Assembly (NCBI GenBank): GCA_965222995.1
Contig: OZ244977.1
Coordinates: 1,033,083 to 1,097,082 of the forward strand
DNA: 64,000 bases
Direction: 5' to 3'
DNA from: Bacteroidia bacterium
Lineage (GTDB): Bacteria > Bacteroidota > Bacteroidia > UBA8524
Under the pieces are notes generated by a model. The model searched no databases and was not told where the DNA came from. It saw nothing but the letters and a program-made list of their open reading frames with translations. Numbering within the stretch: position 1 is the first letter of the stretch; every line of letters begins with the position of its first letter. Below are positions 60,155-64,000 of this stretch, in pieces. The position numbers and the translations under genes are program-made.

Positions 60155-62029
60155 ATGGATAGAAATTCGATAATAGGGCTAGTACTAATAATGATTATTA
60201 TGGTTGGGTACTTTTTTCTTACCCAAGATAATGTTGAAGAGATTGAAGCCAAAAAGAGAAAGCAAGATTCTATTGCAAATGTGCAGAAGGGAATTGTTGA
60301 TTCAGCTAAACAAGTAGCTGAAGTACCAACGGGAACTCTAGATACTTTAAAAACAGATACTACAATTAGTGTTGAGGTTGAAAAACCAACAGGCTTATTA
60401 GGAAAGTTTGCTGAAGGCAATGAGGAACTGGTAACAATTGAGAATGATTTAATAAAGGTAAAACTCTCTACACTGGGTGGGCATCCGCATTCTGTTGAGC
60501 TGAAAAATTATAAACGTGCGAAACGGGAAGGGGAAGCTGAGAAGAAACCGCTAATATTATTTGAAGGGAAAGAAGCCGACTTTAATATCAGCTTTATATT
60601 AAAAGATGGTACTACCGACTCTACAGGGAGGTTGTATTTTACCCCATCAACCAAAAATGTAACAGTAAAAAGCGATTCGGGCAAAATAGCGTTGAAACTG
60701 GCTATAGATGAAAATACTTATCTGGAGCAGGTGTACTGGTTAAAACCCAATAGCTATGAGCTAGGCTATACCTTAAATATGAAGGGTATGGATAAGGTAC
60801 TTTCTCCAAACCACCGTTTTATTCAGGTAGATTGGCGAGTAACAATGCCTTTGCAAGAATCATCACTTAAAAGTGCTAAAGAAAATGCATCGGTATATTA
60901 TGCAGGTTTAGATGAGGAAGTGGATAATATTTCTGCAAACTCTTACGACAAAGCAGAACCCGCAGGCGGTGTACGTTGGGTTTCATTCAAGCAAAAGTTC
61001 TTTAATTCTACGTGGACTTGTTTATCTAATGAAGGGTTTACGGGGACTACTTTGGCAACTGTAGAAAATGCAAGCCCCAATTACGTTAAAACCGCTAAGG
61101 CAAGTTCAATTATATCAACTTCATTTTTAGCGGAGGAAAGCATACCCATGAAGTTTTATTTTGGTCCAAATGATTACCAAGGATTGAAAGATATAGGCGG
61201 AGGTATGGATGAGTTGGTAAACATGGGTTGGGGTATCTTCGGATGGATAAACAAGGGAATGATATCCCCCTTATTTAAATACTTAAATAAGCTTACAGGG
61301 AACTATGGTATTATCATTTTGATAATGACCATAATAATTAAAATTCTGCTATTTGGTTTGGTGTATAAATCATACATCTCATCAGCAAAAATGAGAATTT
61401 TGAAACCTGAAATAGATGCTTTGAAAGAGAAGCATGGAGAAAACCTGCAAAAGTTCCAGCAAGAGCAAATGGCGTTATTTAAAAAAGCAGGGGTATCACC
61501 GCTGGGAGGGTGCTTGCCATTGCTTATTCAAATGCCGTTTTTAATTGCCATGTTCCAGTTTTTCCCGTCGGCAATAGAGCTAAGACAACAAAGTTTTTTG
61601 TGGGCAACTGACCTTAGTACTTATGATAGTATATGGACTTTTGGTTATGTACCGCTAATTGATACTATTTATGGAGACCACGTTAGTTTATTTACTTTAC
61701 TAATGACAGTGTCTACACTGATATATACTTTATTAAATAATCAATTAACAGGTGCTACAGGGCAAATGAAGTATATAGGTTATATAATGCCTATATTCTT
61801 CTTAGGGTTTTTTAACAACTATGCTGCGGGACTTACTTACTACTATTTCTTAACTAATATTATATCAATAGGACAACAGTTTTTAATTCGCCGTTTTGTT
61901 GATGACGATGCATTGCACCGTAAAATTCAAGAGAATAAAAAGAAACCCGTTAAGAAATCAGGTTTCCAGAAACGTTTGGAAGAAATGGCTAAGAAAAGAG
62001 GTGTTGACCCTAACAGAATGAAACGATAA
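60155..62029 (+). CDS. yidC: membrane protein insertase YidC
   Basis: N-terminal TM, large periplasmic domain and a five-TM C-terminal insertase core (…GWGIFGWINKGMISPLF…, …PLGGCLPLLIQMPFLIAMF…). 624 aa. Confidence 0.9.
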   Translation: MDRNSIIGLVLIMIIMVGYFFLTQDNVEEIEAKKRKQDSIANVQKGIVDSAKQVAEVPTGTLDTLKTDTTISVEVEKPTGLLGKFAEGNEELVTIENDLIKVKLSTLGGHPHSVELKNYKRAKREGEAEKKPLILFEGKEADFNISFILKDGTTDSTGRLYFTPSTKNVTVKSDSGKIALKLAIDENTYLEQVYWLKPNSYELGYTLNMKGMDKVLSPNHRFIQVDWRVTMPLQESSLKSAKENASVYYAGLDEEVDNISANSYDKAEPAGGVRWVSFKQKFFNSTWTCLSNEGFTGTTLATVENASPNYVKTAKASSIISTSFLAEESIPMKFYFGPNDYQGLKDIGGGMDELVNMGWGIFGWINKGMISPLFKYLNKLTGNYGIIILIMTIIIKILLFGLVYKSYISSAKMRILKPEIDALKEKHGENLQKFQQEQMALFKKAGVSPLGGCLPLLIQMPFLIAMFQFFPSAIELRQQSFLWATDLSTYDSIWTFGYVPLIDTIYGDHVSLFTLLMTVSTLIYTLLNNQLTGATGQMKYIGYIMPIFFLGFFNNYAAGLTYYYFLTNIISIGQQFLIRRFVDDDALHRKIQENKKKPVKKSGFQKRLEEMAKKRGVDPNRMKR

Positions 62030-62346
62030 TGGAATTGTTGCGTACCGCCATTGGCAGACTTAGAGTAGTTGGTTTTTTTGAGGGAGTATCTTTCTTGGTA
62101 TTGTTATTTATTGCTATGCCATTAAAGTATATGTATGATATGCCCGAAGTGAACAAAATAGTGGGTATGGTACACGGATTATTGTTTGTACTGTATGTTT
62201 TTGGTGTAATACAGGTGAGAATTGAGTATAGCTGGAATTGGCGAAAAACTATGATAGCACTTATAGCCTCTGTTGTACCATTTGGTACTTTTTATGCCGA
62301 TGCAAAACTGTTTAAGCCTGAGCAACAAGCCCAAAAAAACAGCTAA
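62029..62346 (+). CDS. DUF3817-like small membrane protein
   Basis: 105 aa with three TM helices. Its start overlaps the yidC stop. Confidence 0.5.
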   Translation: MELLRTAIGRLRVVGFFEGVSFLVLLFIAMPLKYMYDMPEVNKIVGMVHGLLFVLYVFGVIQVRIEYSWNWRKTMIALIASVVPFGTFYADAKLFKPEQQAQKNS

Positions 62347-62396
62347 TATTTGCTACTTGGGGCAATAGCATTTATCTTAAAGCCCTATAATTTTAC

Positions 62397-63563
62397 ATGG
62401 AGTCATTATTAATAAAGCCTAAAAAAGAACGTGCTTTTATAAACCGTCATCCCTGGTTATTTACTGGCGCAGTGCAAAGAATGCCTGACGCTGAGAACGG
62501 TGAAATTGTAGAGGTGATTAGTAATGAGAAAGGATTGCTTGGCTATGGTTTCTATAATCCCAATAGCCAAATATGTTGTCGCTTATTTGAGTTTAGCCAA
62601 ACCCCTGTAGAGATTAATCAAGCTTATTGGAGGACTAAAATAGAGAAGGCATATAATATGCGCCAGTCTATTTTAGATTTAAGCCAAACCAATTGCTATC
62701 GTTTACTTCATGCCGAAGGAGATTTCTTTCCGGGTATTATAGCCGATGTATATAATGATACTGTAGTAGCACAAATTTTAATAAAGGGCACTGAAAGGCT
62801 GCTTCCTGTTATAAAGGAGGAGTTTACAAGATTAGGGTTTAAACATATATATCTTAAAACCAAAAGCAGTTCACAAAAAATAGAGGGTATTGGGGCAGAA
62901 AACTGGATTACTGAGCCTGCAAAAATGCCGGTTGAGGTACTGGAAAACGGGCTAAAGTATTATGTAAACGTTGAAACAGGGCAAAAAACAGGCTTTTTTA
63001 TAGACCAAAGAAATAACCGCAGCAGGGTTAAAAACTTCTCACAAAATACTAAGCTGCTTAATACCTTCTGTTATTCAGGTGGCTTTAGTGTATATGCTTT
63101 GGCAGGTGGGGCAAAAGAAGTCCATTCGGTTGATATCTCAAAAGATGCCATTGCACAGTGTGATGAAAACGTAAAACTTAATGGGTTTGAGAATAACCAC
63201 AAATCGTTTGCAATGGACTGTTTTGATTACTTGAAGCAAACCGAAGAAGTATACGATGTAATTGTGTTAGATCCCCCAGCGTTTGCAAAAAGTGCCAAAA
63301 ATGTACCCAATGCAACTAGGGGGTATAAAGAGCTAAATCTTATGGCTATTAAGAAGATTAAACCGGGTGGTTTAATTTTTACGTTTTCCTGCTCGCAGAA
63401 TATTGATAAAACACTGTTTCAAAAAATTGTTTTTGGCGCAGCAGCCGATGCAAAGCGTAATGTGCGTATATTAGAGCACCTCTCTCAAACACCGGACCAT
63501 CCTATAAATATATACCATCCCGAAGGGGAGTATTTAAAGGGATTATTGCTTTGGGTAGAGTAG
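62397..63563 (+). CDS. RlmI/RlmK-like class I SAM-dependent rRNA methyltransferase (PUA + MTase)
   Basis: N-terminal PUA-like region, a Rossmann MTase with motif I (CYSGGFS), DPPAF and a catalytic Cys region FSCS. 388 aa. Confidence 0.75.
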   Translation: MESLLIKPKKERAFINRHPWLFTGAVQRMPDAENGEIVEVISNEKGLLGYGFYNPNSQICCRLFEFSQTPVEINQAYWRTKIEKAYNMRQSILDLSQTNCYRLLHAEGDFFPGIIADVYNDTVVAQILIKGTERLLPVIKEEFTRLGFKHIYLKTKSSSQKIEGIGAENWITEPAKMPVEVLENGLKYYVNVETGQKTGFFIDQRNNRSRVKNFSQNTKLLNTFCYSGGFSVYALAGGAKEVHSVDISKDAIAQCDENVKLNGFENNHKSFAMDCFDYLKQTEEVYDVIVLDPPAFAKSAKNVPNATRGYKELNLMAIKKIKPGGLIFTFSCSQNIDKTLFQKIVFGAAADAKRNVRILEHLSQTPDHPINIYHPEGEYLKGLLLWVE

Positions 63564-63648
63564 AAGAATAATTATTCTTAATAGTAAACGTTAATAGTAA
63601 AAACTTTTAAACTAAGCTATTAGCTTTGTAAATTATTTATTTAAAACA

Positions 63649-64000
63649 ATGACAGAAAATAATTCATCAAAAGGTAAAGCAACACTTATATTACTAACAT
63701 TACTACTGTTGGCATCTATTGCTGGTAATTTCTATTTATATAAGGTTAAAGATACCAGTGAGGTTACTATACAAGAAAAGGGTGTAGTAATAGATAGTTT
63801 AGTAGAGGCACGGGTGAGTATAGAAACAGAGTTGAATGTAGCTTTAGCTGAACTTGAAAGCTACAAAGGAAAAAATGCTGAATTGGATGAAGAGCTAAAC
63901 AAACAAATAGCAAAGCTTAAAGACCGTGAAGGAAGAATTAGGAATATGATTCGTAACAGAAAATCTTCTGAAAAGTTAATAGGGGAGCTTAAGGCTGAGT
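63649..64000 (+). CDS. membrane-anchored coiled-coil protein (3'-truncated by window edge)
   Basis: ATG followed by a TM segment (ATLILLTLLLLASIAGNFYLY) and heptad-rich sequence. The ORF runs off the window end. Confidence 0.4.
   Translation, partial: MTENNSSKGKATLILLTLLLLASIAGNFYLYKVKDTSEVTIQEKGVVIDSLVEARVSIETELNVALAELESYKGKNAELDEELNKQIAKLKDREGRIRNMIRNRKSSEKLIGELKAE

Overview
This window is a chromosomal segment from a Bacteroidota-type genome. The evidence is two T9SS C-terminal sorting-domain cargo proteins, a DUF3467 gene directly downstream of rpoC, a BatA-N-domain protein, an LTXXQ periplasmic protein, few Shine-Dalgarno sequences, and TAnnTT(T/C)G-like boxes next to start codons. Coding density is high (about 90%) and most genes are housekeeping: rpoC (3' part), surE, dapA, ligA, murB, SUI1, trpS, queA, pth, rbfA, the rplM-rpsI-rpsB-tsf-pyrH ribosomal operon, accC, Nif3 with its zinc-ribbon partner, yidC and an RlmI-like methyltransferase. 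Between them are cell-envelope and accessory genes: GT9 and GT1 glycosyltransferases, a Wzi-like outer-membrane barrel, ZIP/PAP2/methyltransferase, PLD, peroxiredoxin, rfbC, tryptophan 2,3-dioxygenase, and a secreted metzincin-like protease. I found no rRNA, tRNA, CRISPR array, transposase or integrase. Several rho-independent terminators are clearly visible. The places most worth a second look are: (i) a translationally coupled unit encoding an RCK K+ channel with a GFK selectivity filter, a stand-alone adenylation enzyme, a GNAT and a PIN-like protein; (ii) a low-GC trio of small genes including two paralogous two-TM mini-proteins; (iii) a coherent ORF with a signal-peptide-like N-terminus but no canonical start, running into the upstream terminator; (iv) a recurring TATCTTCGCC box at start codons; (v) a 38-aa hydrophobic mini-ORF with its own terminator. 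All family assignments rest on reading the translated ORFs by eye (motifs and remembered family signatures), not on database searches. Coordinates for small motifs may be off by about 1 nt.
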